Shown here piece after piece: positions 22,101 through 35,400 of a stretch of DNA of 64,000 bases. Both the position numbers and the translations under genes were made by a program. The stretch's first letter is position 1, and the number at the start of each line of letters is the position of its first letter. Source of the stretch: Pavona decussata (Eukaryota); contig CDRNST010000302.1 in the NCBI GenBank assembly GCA_977016875.1, positions 310,001 to 374,000 of the forward strand. The letters are read 5' to 3'. The notes below the pieces were generated by a model, which saw only the letters and a program-made list of their open reading frames with translations, made no database searches and was not told the DNA's origin.

Positions 22101-25100
22101 TGGAGGAAGATTACGTTTTTAGGCCCGCCTAACTTGGATTAATTGATAGGAACGGTACATCGTGCTAGTTAAAATAATATATATAAATAAGCACTATTTT
22201 GTTAATTACAAAAAGCGCCTTGTCCAACGTAGAGGCCTAGGAGGTGTTTTAAGAACTTTAAATTTATTGAGTTTCGTGATTAAGGTCGGCTTTGGAAACA
22301 AGTATTGTATGAAAAACAGTAAATACATTTTAATACAGCTAGAAAGGAAAGAAAATGCTTAATCAGAAAGTTTAGATAACGTCAATACGAGATGCAGAAA
22401 GGGATTTTAAGCCCCATTTCGGCGGAATAGAACGTTGTCTCAGTCTTAGCCATAATCCCGGTTTCTCGACCATAAAACAGACTAAGTTAAAGGCGAGTAT
22501 TGGAATTATTTCAACTCCAGACGCCTGTAAGTGCGACTGAAGCTCTAACTAAGGAAGCGAACGCTTTCATTATATTTGAGCTAGAAATCACTAGGCTATT
22601 CGTGGACTGTTAAAATTTAAGACACATACCTGCATCCTCACACAGATGTATAGTAGAAGAAACGTCGATTCCGAAAAAATAAGTAAACAGGCGAGGGAAT
22701 CTAACAGGAGTGAAAGAGGAACTCGATCAGAGCTAATTTAAATAAGGTGTGGCATAGCAACAGTATGTTTTGATTACGTTTTGGGTGTCTAGCATTTCTA
22801 CCATTTTAACTGGTGGAAGACCACTGTGGACATTCCTGCTTTGGTCTTCGAAACTGGAGGATATTTTTCAAACTACAGCTTAAAAGCGCATATTGGATTT
22901 AGCTTTTCAAATAAACAACTGATTAACAACGTCCTCCATGCATGAAGGAAGATATATGATCTGTCAACGGGGTATCAAGACGCTAAACCAGCCAGTTGCA
23001 TAAAAATAACTGGCTGCTATGTATTTCACCTGTTTATCTGCTATTCTCATTCATAATTTCCACTTTTTACAAAACAAAGTTCGCGTCTGATAGTTCTTGG
23101 TCATAAATTAAACGAGGGAACTTAACTTTGTTAAACTACACCCGACGCTAAGTGTTCTGTGTTATTAAAATATTCACAATTTTAAACATGCAAAAAGTCA
23201 CGCTTTTTAACCACGCATTGCTAGAAGGGTTTTTAATCAAAATAGTTCTTAATTTGCTTTAATAAATAATAGGTAATCACAAGCATTAAGATCATTACAA
23301 CGAAGTCTAGATGTCTTAACAAAGATATAGAACACTAAAAATTAAAAGAAAAAGGTTTTTTTTAACAGTAGGCTAATTGAAAGCCATTTTAGCAGCGCAA
23401 AATATATTTTGTGCAAAGATGAGACTTAAACGTTTAAAATTACTGAATGAATCTCCTGAAAGAATGAAAATTAGTCAATGAGTTCCACAGTCTTATTAGA
23501 ACAGCTCTTTGAAATGCTTGCTCTTAACTCTTAGTATTAGCGGTTAGTATGACAATGAAAAAGTTCTGCAAAGCTGATCTCAAGGAACTTTCGGGTTGAT
23601 AACTACATAAGGCTCCTTTATATATTCCGGTGCTTGGACATTCAAAAAAATAAATGTATTGTATTTTTCACTTTGCTTGATTGTCAAATAATTTATTTTG
23701 TTCTAGCTTCTTTTCTTCCCTGTTCTGTTCAAAAACGAATATTTTTATGCATCAGAGGCATTATAATCAGTTCAGACGAAACCAAAAATATTCTCAACAG
23801 TTGAAAACATTGCTTATTTACATCAATGGCTTTCATGCTATCATGAATTAATGTTGATTCGAACGGATTGGTGTTCAATATGTCTTTTACCGTCCATTTT
23901 ATCTCATTACTTTTTAATGATTAGAATTCTTGTTATTTGGAAGAGGTTTGTGGCGCGTTTGTCTGATAGAAAGTATTTTGATAAGAGTACTGAACAAAAC
24001 TTATTACTTGATTTGAATATTAATGCATGTCCGCAATAAGGAAATAACTTCACTATATTCGCCATAGTTAGCGTTTCCTCCAAAGTACGGAGAAGCCCTA
24101 CACACTATATATTTCACAACGTTTCAACGATTTTCGCATTCGTAACAAGTAAAAGCTCAACAGCAATATGAAAAGCTCTTAATAGGTATACTATATGATT
24201 CACTCAAGAATACGTTTGATGCCAGTTAAGTGATTTCAAATCACTCTGACCTTAGGAAGAACTGTGTTAGCTTTATGTTAACGAAAGAGAGGATCCATGT
24301 TAACGTCGATATCGTTACAACTTCCCTACGCAACTTAACAACGCAAATATTGCACCATGTCAGTCAATGGCGCGGCTTGCCAGATGCTCGTAAATGCTAT
24401 CCGAACTCTCTGAACTGAACAGCTTAAGCTTTTATAAACATCGATCGGAAATAACATGCAGTACTTTTTAACGCGTGGAACTCTTTGATACATACCTACA
24501 TCGTCACATAGATGAAAAAAAGATGACACGCTGTTTATCAAGGAGCGGCAGACGATGGCGTCTGACAGAAGAGAAAGAGGAACGCGGTCAGAGCTGATTT
24601 GAATAAGGTGTGGCATAGCCACAGTGTGTTTTGATCACGTTTGCGCAGTTTCCAGGTTTTATACTATTTCTACCATTTAAACCATTGCTGACATCCCTGC
24701 TCATGCCTTCGAAACTTGATGATTCATTGCAAAAAAACGAATCTTTGAAACTGCAGCTTAAAACACATATTGAATTCAGCCGTCAATTAAACAAATGAGC
24801 AGCAACGTCTTAAATTATGCATGAAGAAAGATGTTTGATTTATTAACGGGTGATCATGACCTCAAGCAAGCTAGTACTTCACACAAACAACTTCCGCTCA
24901 TGTATCTCACCTTTTTATTATTGTAATTCATAATTGCAACTTTTGATGAAAAAAAGTTAGCTACTGTTAGTTCGTTGAAATTTGTAAGCAGGAACTAAAC
25001 TTTGATAAACTTTACCAAACGCTGATTGTTCTGTGCTACTGAAATATTCACGATGCACAAGTCACGCTTATTAACCACGCAGAGCTAGAAGCGTTTTTCA

Positions 25101-28070
25101 TTATAATAAATCTGAATTTTTTTGTAACTAATAAGAATTAAGTCGGTATCAAATGCATCATACGGAAGTCTTGAAGCTCTAACAATGATCTATTAAAACG
25201 CTTAACACCAAAAAATAAAAGAAAACTGAAAGAAAAATATTTTTAACAATAGTTTAATTGAAATCCATTCAACTACACAAGCTGAAATGCTCAGTAAAAC
25301 GATGAGTCCTAAATGTCTGAAAGTACTCAATGAATCTACTAAACGAATACAACCAGGCAATTAGTTCTGCAGTCTTAGAACAACACCTGCTTGAAATGCT
25401 CGCTTTCCTTAACCCTTAGTATTAGTTAACGGTACAACGAAAAAGTTCGGCAACGCTGATCTCAAGGAACGCTCAGGTTTATATATACATAAAGCTCCTT
25501 TATATATTCCGGTGTTTAGTCGTTCAAATAAATAAATGTATTGTATTTTTCACTTTGCTTGATTTTCAAATAATTTATTTTGCTCTAGCTCATTTTCTTT
25601 CCCGCTCTAGGCAAAAACTTATATGAAAGTGTATGCATCAGAGCTATTATAAACTGTTCAGACGAAACTAAAAGTATTCCAAAGGGTTAAAGACATCGCT
25701 CATTTGCGTCAATGGCTTCCATGCTATCATGAATTAAGTTGATGCCAAAGTCCTTTTAAATAGAGCCTGAATTACTTTGTAACAAGAGAGGATGAAGGTA
25801 AGAGAGGTAATCCCCCATATAGGCCCTATCCCCATCGTTATCCCTCTGAAGTTATTTTTAGAAGGTATCGATTTTCTCGCGGATAATGTTACCTCGCGCG
25901 TTACGTGTCTTTCACCCGTTTTCAATCGCACAACGGCTAATCACAATCATACACTTCCATAAAAGAAATTGTTTCTCGCGTAACTTCCAACGAATCTCTA
26001 ACACGTGATTTGAAAGCTAATAGAATGTAGATTTTAATGTCCGAGGAGATTTTAAACTCACTGTGACAAAAATATCAAAATTTTCGTGCCGCGGTTGTGA
26101 TCTTTATACTCGTCTGTTCAATCGCGGCTTCAATTCAAATAAAATGTAACACTCTTGCAAAAAAAGCTAAGTTTTGTTTCTCGCCTTTCTTTTAAAGAAT
26201 CTCTTGGCTACATGCGTGATTAAAAAGCTAATGGAATGTAGATTTCAATGACCAAAGGGATTTGAACTCAGTGGGATAAAAATATCAAAATTCGTGCCGA
26301 GGTTGTGATGTTTATACTCGTCTGTTCAATCGCGGTTTTGACAGCTAAATGTAACACTCTCGCATAAAAAAAGATTTATTTCTCTCGTTTCTTCCAACAA
26401 ATCTCTTAACTACATACGTGATTTAAAAGTAAATAGAACGTAGATTTCAATGACTGAAGGAATTTTGTACTCACTGCGATAAAAATATTAAAATTCTTGC
26501 TGGAGGTTGTGATGTTTATACTCGTCTGTTCAATCGCGGCTTTCAATGTTTCGACAGCTATTAAAATGTAACACTCTTGCATGAAAAAAGATTTGTTTCT
26601 CGCGTTTCTTCCAACGAATCTCTTAACTACATGCGAATTAGAAAGCTAATGGAATGTAGATTTCAAAGACCAAAGGGATTTTGAACCCACTGAGATAAAA
26701 ATATCAAAATTCTTGCTGGAGGTTGTGATGTTTATACTCGTCTGTTCAATCGCCGCTTTCATTGTTTCGACAGCTAAATGTAATACTCTTGCATGAAAAA
26801 AAAGATTTGTTATCGCGTTTCTTCCAACGAATCTCTTAAACCACATACGTGATTAGAAAGTAAATAAAACGTAGATTTCAATGACTGTAGGGATTTTGTA
26901 CTCACTGCGATAAAAATATCGAAATTCGTGCCTGGGTTGAGATATATGTATTTGTCTGTTCAATGACGGCTTTCAATTTTCGCCAGCTAATTGTATTGTA
27001 ATATTCTTGCATTATTTCCGCACCGCTGGGCTCTAAAAGAAATCATACGGGAGCGATTCTTTTCCAATCTGCGTTGTCCAAATACAACCACTTTAAACTC
27101 ACATTCGTCCACAAAACATATGCAAGCAACGCTTTCTGTGTGCATGTTCCGACATTTTGTGTTTAGATCAATTCGCGAAAGACGCGTAGCATTGCGTGGG
27201 AATCGGCTCAGCTGTCAACGTGGGTAAAATTCAGGATATATGATTGGCTATCACCTAACCCTCTTGGGACACTGGATCTCGCGGGAGATCTAAAAATAAC
27301 TTCAGAGGGATTACGATGGAAATAGGGCCTATATGGGGGATTACCTCTCTTACCTTCATCCTCTCTTGTTTGTAATGATTAGAATTCTTGTTGTTTCGAA
27401 GACGTTTGTAATAACGCTTTGGTCTGATAGAAGAGTACGTTAATAAGAGTACTAAACAAAACTAATTACTTGATTTGAATATTGATGCATGTTTGCAATA
27501 AGGAAATAACTTCAGAATATTTATCCCAGTCAGCGACACTTCCAGCGTAAGGGAATTCTACTCACTTTTTCCTGGCCTCGTATTCGCAACAAGTAAAGCT
27601 TAAATTAACAGTAAAATGAAGAGCTCGTAATTACTAGATGACTACATGACTCACAATTGCGGTTCATAACATATAAGTGATTCGAAACCACTCTACCATC
27701 CTTAGCAAGGACTGTGTAAGGGATCATTTGCATGTTGAAATCGTTTTAACTACACTAAACATCGATCCAAAGGACTGACGCGAACATTGCAATCATGTCA
27801 GTTATGGCGGACTTATCAGATGCCTTTAAAAGTGACTCCTTAACCATGCCTTAACTCTCTGTACTGAACAGCCTAAGCTTTCATAATTATCGGCAATAGC
27901 TGTTATATTTAAGCGCGTGGAACTCTCAGATACATACCTACATCATCACATAGATGTAAGGAAAAGGACACGCTGATTCTCTGTGAGCGGCAGACGAGGG
28001 TGTCTAACGGAAGCGAAAGAGGAGCTCGACCAGTGCTGATTTAGATAAGGTGCGGCATGGCAACAGTGTG
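19110..28070. repeat. Degenerate ~2-kb tandem array (about 4 units, interrupted) upstream of NLR A
   Basis: Recurring anchors: acatacct at 20311/22624/24490/27932; gatgagtcttaaacgtttaaaa-like at ~19267/23418/25301; caatggctttca-like at ~19657/23824/25710. Confidence 0.8.
25783..27368. mobile_element. Non-autonomous TIR element (P-element-like termini) with internal ~210-bp tandem repeats
   Basis: ~80-bp TIRs CAAGAGAGGATGAAGG...CCTTCATCCTCTCTTG; 7-bp TSD tttgtaa (25776-25782, 27369-27375); about 5 internal units marked by tcgtctgttcaatcgcggc-like sequence. Confidence 0.88.
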
Positions 28071-28269
28071 GGTGGATGACGTCACTCATTTGTTGCCACT
28101 CGTGTTGATTGTTGGGGAAGGGAAGGTGGTACGATGGGAGGGGAACGGTAGGAAAGGCAGTCGGTTGGTCTCCATGAATATTTGGGTGGTGCTATGTTAC
28201 CTCGGGCTCGGGTTTAGCTAAGTGAACACGCATATGTTCTCCTTCAAAGCAAGCAGCTGTTGTTTGGTT

Positions 28270-28524
28270 GCCTCAAGAGAAATTGGCAGAATAATATCGG
28301 TTGCTTGGAAGAAAACGACGGTGAACCCATGACGCGAACAAAGACGTTGCCCACAACGGCGAAGAGGACGAGGCAACGGTAGCTGTTACTGTCGCTGTCA
28401 TTCCCCTTCTTCTCATACAGTGACGATGTTGGCGACGCTTAAATCTTCTGAAACGTGTCTCTTCTCCAAGTACCGGAAGAGCATTTCATTCAGCGGCTGC
28501 AGCAGTGCCTCTTATCGTTGTTCA
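28270..28524 (-). mobile_element. Degenerate RTE-like LINE reverse-transcriptase fragment
   Basis: Minus strand reads LLQPLNEML...ANIVTV/YEKKGNDSDSNSYR...VVGNVFVRV, resembling the RTE motif DANIVTLYKNKGDRSDCNNYRGISLL. Confidence 0.6.
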
Positions 28525-28717
28525 NNNNNNNNNNNNNNNNNNNNNNNNNNNNNNNNNNNNNNNNNNNNNNNNNNNNNNNNNNNNNNNNNNNNNNNNNNNN
28601 NNNNNNNNNNNNNNNNNNNNNNNNNNNNNNNNNNNNNNNNNNNNNNNNNNNNNNNNNNNNNNNNNNNNNNNNNNNNNNNNNNNNNNNNNNNNNNNNNNNN
28701 NNNNNNNNNNNNNNNNN
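28525..28717. other. Assembly gap
   Basis: N run. Confidence 1.
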
Positions 28718-28739
28718 CTTTTCCATGGGTCCAAAGGCG

Positions 28740-29030
28740 CTAGTTACAAAGTCAAAGTTAAAATTAGTTAAAAATAATTAAAAATAGGTAGATTATAAAA
28801 CACCAAAAATCATTACATGAACCTAAAAAGCGCTTACAAAAATGGCAGTTTTAAGCCGTCTTTTAAAAATGTCAAGTGATCTATCATCTCTAATATGCTG
28901 AGAAAGACTGTTCCAAAGAAGTGGCGCAACAACAGAAAAGGCACGACGGCCATAACTATTTGTGTTAAACGCAGGGACCACAAGTAGATTCTTCTTTGAA
29001 GACCAAAGGTCGAGTGACGGATGGTAGTTT
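28740..29030 (-). mobile_element. 3' end of an L2/CR1-type LINE
   Basis: YHPSLDLWSSKKNLLVVP...SYGRRAFSVVAPLLWNSL...FKRRLKT, a typical ORF2 C-terminus. Confidence 0.75.
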
Positions 29031-29314
29031 ATTCAAGGGATGAATTATTCTCTATTTGCTTAGGATCTAACAGATGGAAGCTATCTCCACAACTTTTAAG
29101 TCATTTGAAAGTGAATTCATTACAGCAGTACCGTGGAAAACGAGCTGGAAGGTCTAAACGGCTACAGAGTGATGATAGAGCGATACCAGTTCTTAATCGA
29201 CCGCGTCGAATGATAACTCTACGGCGTACTAGGAAGCAGACTCTAACATCTCTAATTAACTGTGATTCTTCAAGGCTCCCCTACATTTTCTCACTTGAAA
29301 CCTACTACAACTAG
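29021..29314 (+). mobile_element. Probable 5' fragment of a CR1/L2-type LINE ORF
   Basis: YSRDELF...YRGKRAG pattern resembles the region upstream of the endonuclease in such LINEs. Confidence 0.35.
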
Positions 29315-30062
29315 ATGTCATCACAGCTAAGGACTTTCCCGCAGTTGAGGCAGTCGATGGCTTTCGGCTTAGCTCTTGCAGCATCGAGTGGGGTGTCCAC
29401 CCTCTTCATGATTGGCAATACTGGAAGGGTAGCTGCGCAACTCTTGCCAACTCGTTCTGAGTGGCCTTTAGCTCGAGGTAGTACTCCAACCAGTATTCCA
29501 GCTGTCCGCCTTGATCAGTAATTAATGAACGTTCCTGATTTGGACTAAAGGTGACATGTCAGGGATACTAACTCCTCTCCATCCATCTCGATCGATAGCC
29601 ACACCCTTTAGTTTGTTGGCACGTTCGCTATCCTAGGTCAACCATTACCAATACGCTGAGGCTGAGGTAGATAACAGCAAAGCGGATGCTGAGTTTGTCG
29701 TGACCAGGCTGAAAAAAGAGTGTAGCGTAACAACCGATTGACGGAGTACGCTAAGGTGACTGTCCCCTCAACGCACTGTGTCACAGCAGTGAATCAACCG
29801 AAACAACACATGAGACGCGGCCCAACAGACTTCACCCGCGATTCTTCAGGCGTATAAACCGCATATCACAAGCCGATGACCGAGATTGGTGTTCTGTAGT
29901 GGGTAGACATTCCCAGCGAGCATGCAAACGTGTAAAAGCAAGATCTAACGTACTATGTTAAAATATGGGTCGCTGGTTAGGACTTCAACTACATGCGAAC
30001 ACGCAATAGAAGCGAACTATGTAATACGAATAAGCTGTGCTATTTCCCCGCTTCTACTCTTG

Positions 30063-30137
30063 GTTTGCCTATGGTGTAGCGGTTATTGCTTTTGCCTTGA
30101 ATGCACGTGACCGAGGTTCGAGTCCTCGCCTGTGGAC
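30063..30137 (+). pseudogene. tRNA-derived sequence (SINE head or tRNA pseudogene)
   Basis: A box TGGTGTAGCGG and B box GGTTCGAGTCC at tRNA spacing; acceptor and anticodon stems pair poorly. Confidence 0.5.
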
Positions 30138-30175
30138 GATATGTTCACAGGTTTACTTACTTTGATCCTTTCATA

Positions 30176-30850
30176 TAACAACACAATTCCCTTTCTTGAC
30201 ACGTTGGTAACTAGAGATTCGGCTGGCTACCTCTCTACTAGTGTACAGAAAGCCTACACACACTGATCAGTGCCTAGCGTATAAATCACGCCACCCACAA
30301 TCTGCAAAACATAGCATTGTCAAGTGCCTTTACGATAGATCGAAACACCTCATAACTCAACCATTAGTAATCTCTTAAGAAAAGAAACACCTCTCATCAG
30401 TTCTTGTTCTAACGGTAATCCATTTTCGTTTGTAAAAAACATAACGAAAACAAAGAAACAAACAGCTACAAAAGAACCATCTCCTGAAATTAAATCTACT
30501 GAGGTGCTACCATACGTCAAAGGGTTATCAGAGGCTCTTAGTAAATCGCCTGACACAACACTTAGATCACACCTGGTGCGACCTAAGGACACCGTTGATC
30601 CTGCAAAACAAGACGGAGTAGTCTACAAGATTCCCTGCTAGTGTGGCAAGGTCTATATTGGAGAGACAAAAATATCTATGCATGAATGGATTATACGGCT
30701 TACTCGAACCCAATCCTCCGCCGTTTCAGAACACAGCGATGCGACGGGCCACTATCCTCTCTAGGATGAGGTTAAGTTTGTTGACCTAGAACCACATTGG
30801 TACACCCGTAGGGTTAAAGTGGATATTCACATAAGTCTTCACCTTGACAA
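30176..30850 (+). mobile_element. Degenerate Penelope-like element fragment (RT thumb + GIY-YIG)
   Basis: IPFLDTLV...KPTHTDQ...SRHP, then [17 protein letters not shown], with stops and frameshifts. Confidence 0.8.
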
Positions 30851-30888
30851 CCTGATTTGATCAAGCTCGGCCCTGAAGTGATCCCTTT

Positions 30889-32247
30889 ATTACGCGGGAT
30901 GCCCTGAAGGGGCATACCGTGTCTAAAAACGGGTCGATTTCTTTTTTTTTTTCTTCCTCGTAGCTACAAATCGGTACATTAATTACGCGGGATGCCCTGA
31001 AGGGGCATACCGTGTCTAAAAACGGGTCGATTTCTTTTTTTTTTTTTTTTTTTCTTCCTCGTAGCTACAAATCGGTACATTAATTTATTCATTAAACTCT
31101 CCCCTCTCCTACTCGGGACGTATTGTTCTGATTGTCTTCAACAACAGCAGGCCAATCAAAATCCATTTTAGTCGCTTATATCGCTAGGGAGGGGACCCAC
31201 TCACCCTTACCTGTGTGACGTCAACGCATCATTTGATTTCTTCATTAAAACTGCATTAAATTGTGGCGCCATATTTTTTATAACATATTCTGGACTCAAG
31301 TGTGCCGTTTTCAAACAGCAATTTCACCATTTTGAAGCGGCAAATCGAAAGAATAACTTCTTAGAGGCACTCCACATTTAAAACGGTGGAAATTGGTGAG
31401 TTCATGGCGAAGGAATCGTGCTTTGTTTGACAGTCTTAGACCACGACGCGAGACTGAAAAGAGGTCATTGAGAAGCTTACGTTATCGCAATGGAATTCCC
31501 GCAATTTCCCTTGAAACCCTGAGTAGCGTAACGCAAGGGAAACAACGTAACGCGATCGTCGTGACTCAAACTATTCCATTAGCAAGGATAGTTTTATCAA
31601 TCGGCGAAGCATACAGTTGGAATAAATGAATCAGCCCCAGCATCACGCGCAATGCCAGTATAGCAGGCATCTTGTTTATTCATTAAACTCTCCCCTCTCC
31701 TACTCGGGATGTATTGTCCTGATTGTCTTCAACAAAAGCAGGCCAATCAAAATCCATTCTTGTCGCTCATATTGCGAGGGAGGAGACCCACTCACCCCTA
31801 CCTGTGTGACGTCAAAGCACACTTAATTAACACTGGATTAAACTTGTGTCGCCATATTTTTAACATGTTCTGGACTCAATTGTGCCGTTTTCAAACGGAA
31901 ATTTCACCATTTTGAAGCGGTAAATCGAAAGAATAACTTCTAAGAAGCACTCGACATCTAGAATGGTGGAAATTGGAGAGTTCCTGGCGAAGGAATCGTG
32001 CTTTCTTTGACAGTCTTAAACCACGATTGCAGACAGAAAAGAGGTCATTGAGAACCTTACGTTATCGCAATGGAATTCCCGCAATTTCCCTTGAAACCTA
32101 ACACAAGGGAAACAACGTAACGCGATCTTCGTGACTCAAACTATTCCATTAGCAAAGATTGTTTTATAAATCTGTGAAACATACAGTTGGAATAAATGAA
32201 TCAGCCCCAGCATCACGCGTAATGCCAGTGTAGCAGGCATCTTGTTT
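30889..32247 (+). mobile_element. Helentron-associated non-autonomous element (HINE/DINE-1-like) with duplicated 5' end and duplicated core+3' end
   Basis: 5' sub-TIR attacgcgggatgc plus hairpin and T run at 30889 and 30982; ~590-bp core at 31084 and 31675, each ending in the inverse sub-TIR gcatcacgcg(c/t)aat, hairpin atgcc-N8-aggcat and cttgttt. Confidence 0.65.
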
Positions 32248-32473
32248 AAGATTTTCTGTAACAAATTTCGTTTTCGATACGGGCTCGATAAACAAAAGGG
32301 ACTTTTGTCTGATTGGCTGTTCGCTTTTCTTGTGTTCAGTCTCCCGGCCGTGGCAGCGCGCCAAAAATGAGATAAATAAACAAGATGGCTGCCAAAGGGA
32401 AGGTTTCTTCTCGTCCTTGTTCGATCGTTCGTTCTAAACTTTGTAGCAATTTTAGGTGGTTTTTAAATCTCAA

Positions 32474-35400
32474 ATGGCGGGAAAAGGTTTTTGCAGTGGG
32501 TGTCTAAGAGGCGGGAATTTTTTTTTTTTTTTTTGGAGAAAACACAAATTTTCTTTCGGGTAAAACTTGAAAATGTTTCGCAACAAATGCGCTAAATGCA
32601 CAAGGACAAGGTCAAAATCAAGGTTTATCGGATGGGAAGGTGCTTTTTTGTGCAGAAAATGCTACAACAAAGTGAAGAGAGAGTCGGTGAAGGTGGTCGA
32701 GGACGCAGTAGCTGCCCATGGAGCCCTCGCATCTGAAACAGGTATTTGAGAAAAACGTCGACATTCTGTTCAATTCTTTTGTTTTTATTCAAAGAGAGAT
32801 ATGTTAAATTTAAGTCAAATTCCAATTTTATGTTTGTAAATTACAGAAACGTTACCAGAGGCCGAGTTGCTGTCACCAGCGTCTACATGTACAGCTGACA
32901 GAGAGTTTCTTCGAGTTACCGGTACGGTTTTGAAAGGGTTTTTTTTATCATTGAAATAAACTTATTATAAACAGTGAAAAAAGCTTAAATTTTATTGCAA
33001 TTTATAATTGTTTTGAACGATGATAATTTTGTGGTGATATTATTCTAGCTATGCGTTATAGCTAAGCATAAGCTTACAACTTCCCATGACTTTAAAAACA
33101 CTACAAAAATAAAATTGAAAAAAAAAACAGACTAACAAACTGGTGGTCCTCAGGACTAAATGATCTAAAAACTTTGAAAAAGGGTTTTTAAAACCAAACA
33201 AGTAAAATTTGTTGTCATTTATGTGGTTAGACTACTAGTTCAAGGCATTCAAGGTAATTATAATGATAATTATAATAATAATTTTAGGTGTTTTTTTTGT
33301 TAATTTTTCTGTAGTCATTGCATCTTGACTGCAAGTAAAACATATTGTTTAGAGAATACTAACATGAAAATTAAAACATTTGTAAGTCACACTACTTGAT
33401 TTGGTTCCTTTTTTCTGTACTTTTAGGCCAAAAATTCACACAAGAAATCAGGTCTTTACAAGGAGCCCTGCAGGACCACTGTGGAAAAAACAAGAATCCC
33501 CCGATTTACGAGCCTGATGAATTTTTCCAGTTTTGTTTACTCGCCGGGGCAGCTAATGTTTTCAATTTTATTTTCAACTGCATGACCTCTTCTCGCCATA
33601 CTGGGGATAGAAATCTTTTAAATCGTAAACGCACAGTAGTTATTTTGTATCAGTTATGTTTTGGTTATTCTCAAAAGTGTAATTTTTTTCAAGAGGACAA
33701 TGGTTTATTTCTTTCATTTTGTAATTTGTCTCAATGTGGAATTGAAACGCAACGACAAGAAGTTTACAATTTTGCATCAGGAGACCACAAGATCAGGGGA
33801 CCAGCAAAGTGGATCACATGTGTACTATCATCATCAAAATTGTAAAAGAAGTCCTGCCATTCCTTTTAGTTCTGTTAATTTAGTTCATAACCCTTATGGC
33901 ATTGATATTGATCTTCTTGTAAATAAGTTATGTTCAGTTCAGTTTTTTAGTCAAGTGTGTACTTTTTCATTTGCCTCTTCAATGCCAGAATTTACCTCTG
34001 TTGCCTTTGATCCAGTCATGGGTAGACACCAAATGGAACCCCATGACTATCAAGGTGCTAGTTCTTGTTCTTTACGATCTTTTAAGGATGTTTATTTAAT
34101 TGATTTTGTGAAGTTAGATTTAAAAAGTAAGCAAAATTATGAGGATGCTTTTAATATAGTTTTAGACACTAACATGAGGGAATATCTCTCTAAGTTTATT
34201 GTTTTAATGCCAGCTGACTGGCCTGGCCAATTTTTTCCAAGGCAAATAGTTTACCAGAAAGCCAGTCAAGCAACAACTGCAAGCAATTTTCCCCCAGGTT
34301 CCTGCCGTCACCCACTCAGCTCAGTCATTCCCACCTTAGGTCCCTTGCATGTGGACCTTAATGCTGATGAGGATATTGTTGTTGGCTACATGCCATTTAT
34401 GCGTCTTGTGTATGAATCTGTTTTCCCTGGCAGGAAACTGGCTGACAAGCCAAAACCTTGGCGCATACAGTTTGTGTTGGAGTTGGTTTATGGGGGATGG
34501 ACACTAATCAGAACTGTTGTTAAATCTGTTTTTTCACAGGTCAAAGATGTCCAGTATGGCATTTTAATTAATCTGTTAGACAATTACATTCCTTTGACAC
34601 TTTGTAGCTATAGTATTCTGTTTAAGCTGAACTGTCTTGATGATTATTACTTTTCAGTTTTTAGACTTTGGATCATGTTTTTCTGCTTTCACAGGAAGAA
34701 TTATAACAAGGCACCATTGTTTTGGCTCAGTAACATTCTTTTCTGGCAAACTAATGGATGCAGAGATGTTTACAATTTCTTTTCAGGTTCTCTCAGTGTC
34801 ATTGATGAGTATTTTGTTGAGTTTGTTCACAGCCTTGCAAGGAAATCAACAAATCCATCAGACAGTGTTGATCAACTCCAACAGAAATTGTTTTCCATTT
34901 TTGCATCAGGGGATAGGCAAGCAAACTTCCGTGCTGCCTTTACCCCTTCCAAGAATTATATTTTTAGCCGGCGTCAACTTGTTAATTTATTTTCCAGGGT
35001 TGCAAGCACCATTGTTACCATTTTAAGTTCAATTGCAAATTCACCAGGAGCAGCCCATCCCCTGCCACGGGCACCAGGGCAAAGGAGGAATCTTTCATTG
35101 TGGTGTGCACCAGCTTTGTTTGGAGATGCTTCCATCAAGAGTGACTACCTTCCCCTTGGCTTTCAATTCCAGCCATGTCCAGATCAGGGAAGAAGATGCG
35201 ACAAGTCAGGCTGCACCATTTCTACCAACACCCCATGGAAGGTTTTTGAAGGGTGTTGGCATTCTTTTCATTTATGTTGTTTAACTGTTGTTGATGTTTG
35301 TCCCATTTGTAGAGAAGGAATTGTAACAGCATTGACATCCTTAGCTAATACAGCTAACCAATCTGTTCGTCAACAGCAGGATGCCACTGCAACTGATGGT

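Noticed and set aside
30063-30137. Functional tRNA gene
   Set aside because: Acceptor and anticodon stems are defective; it lies among retroelement fragments
33661-33855. N-terminus of the 927-aa ORF as the true start
   Set aside because: TTG start; the plausible coding frame switches here (…ETQRQ in one frame, RPQDQGTSKVDHMCTIIIK in another), indicating frameshifts or a deletion, with real exons upstream
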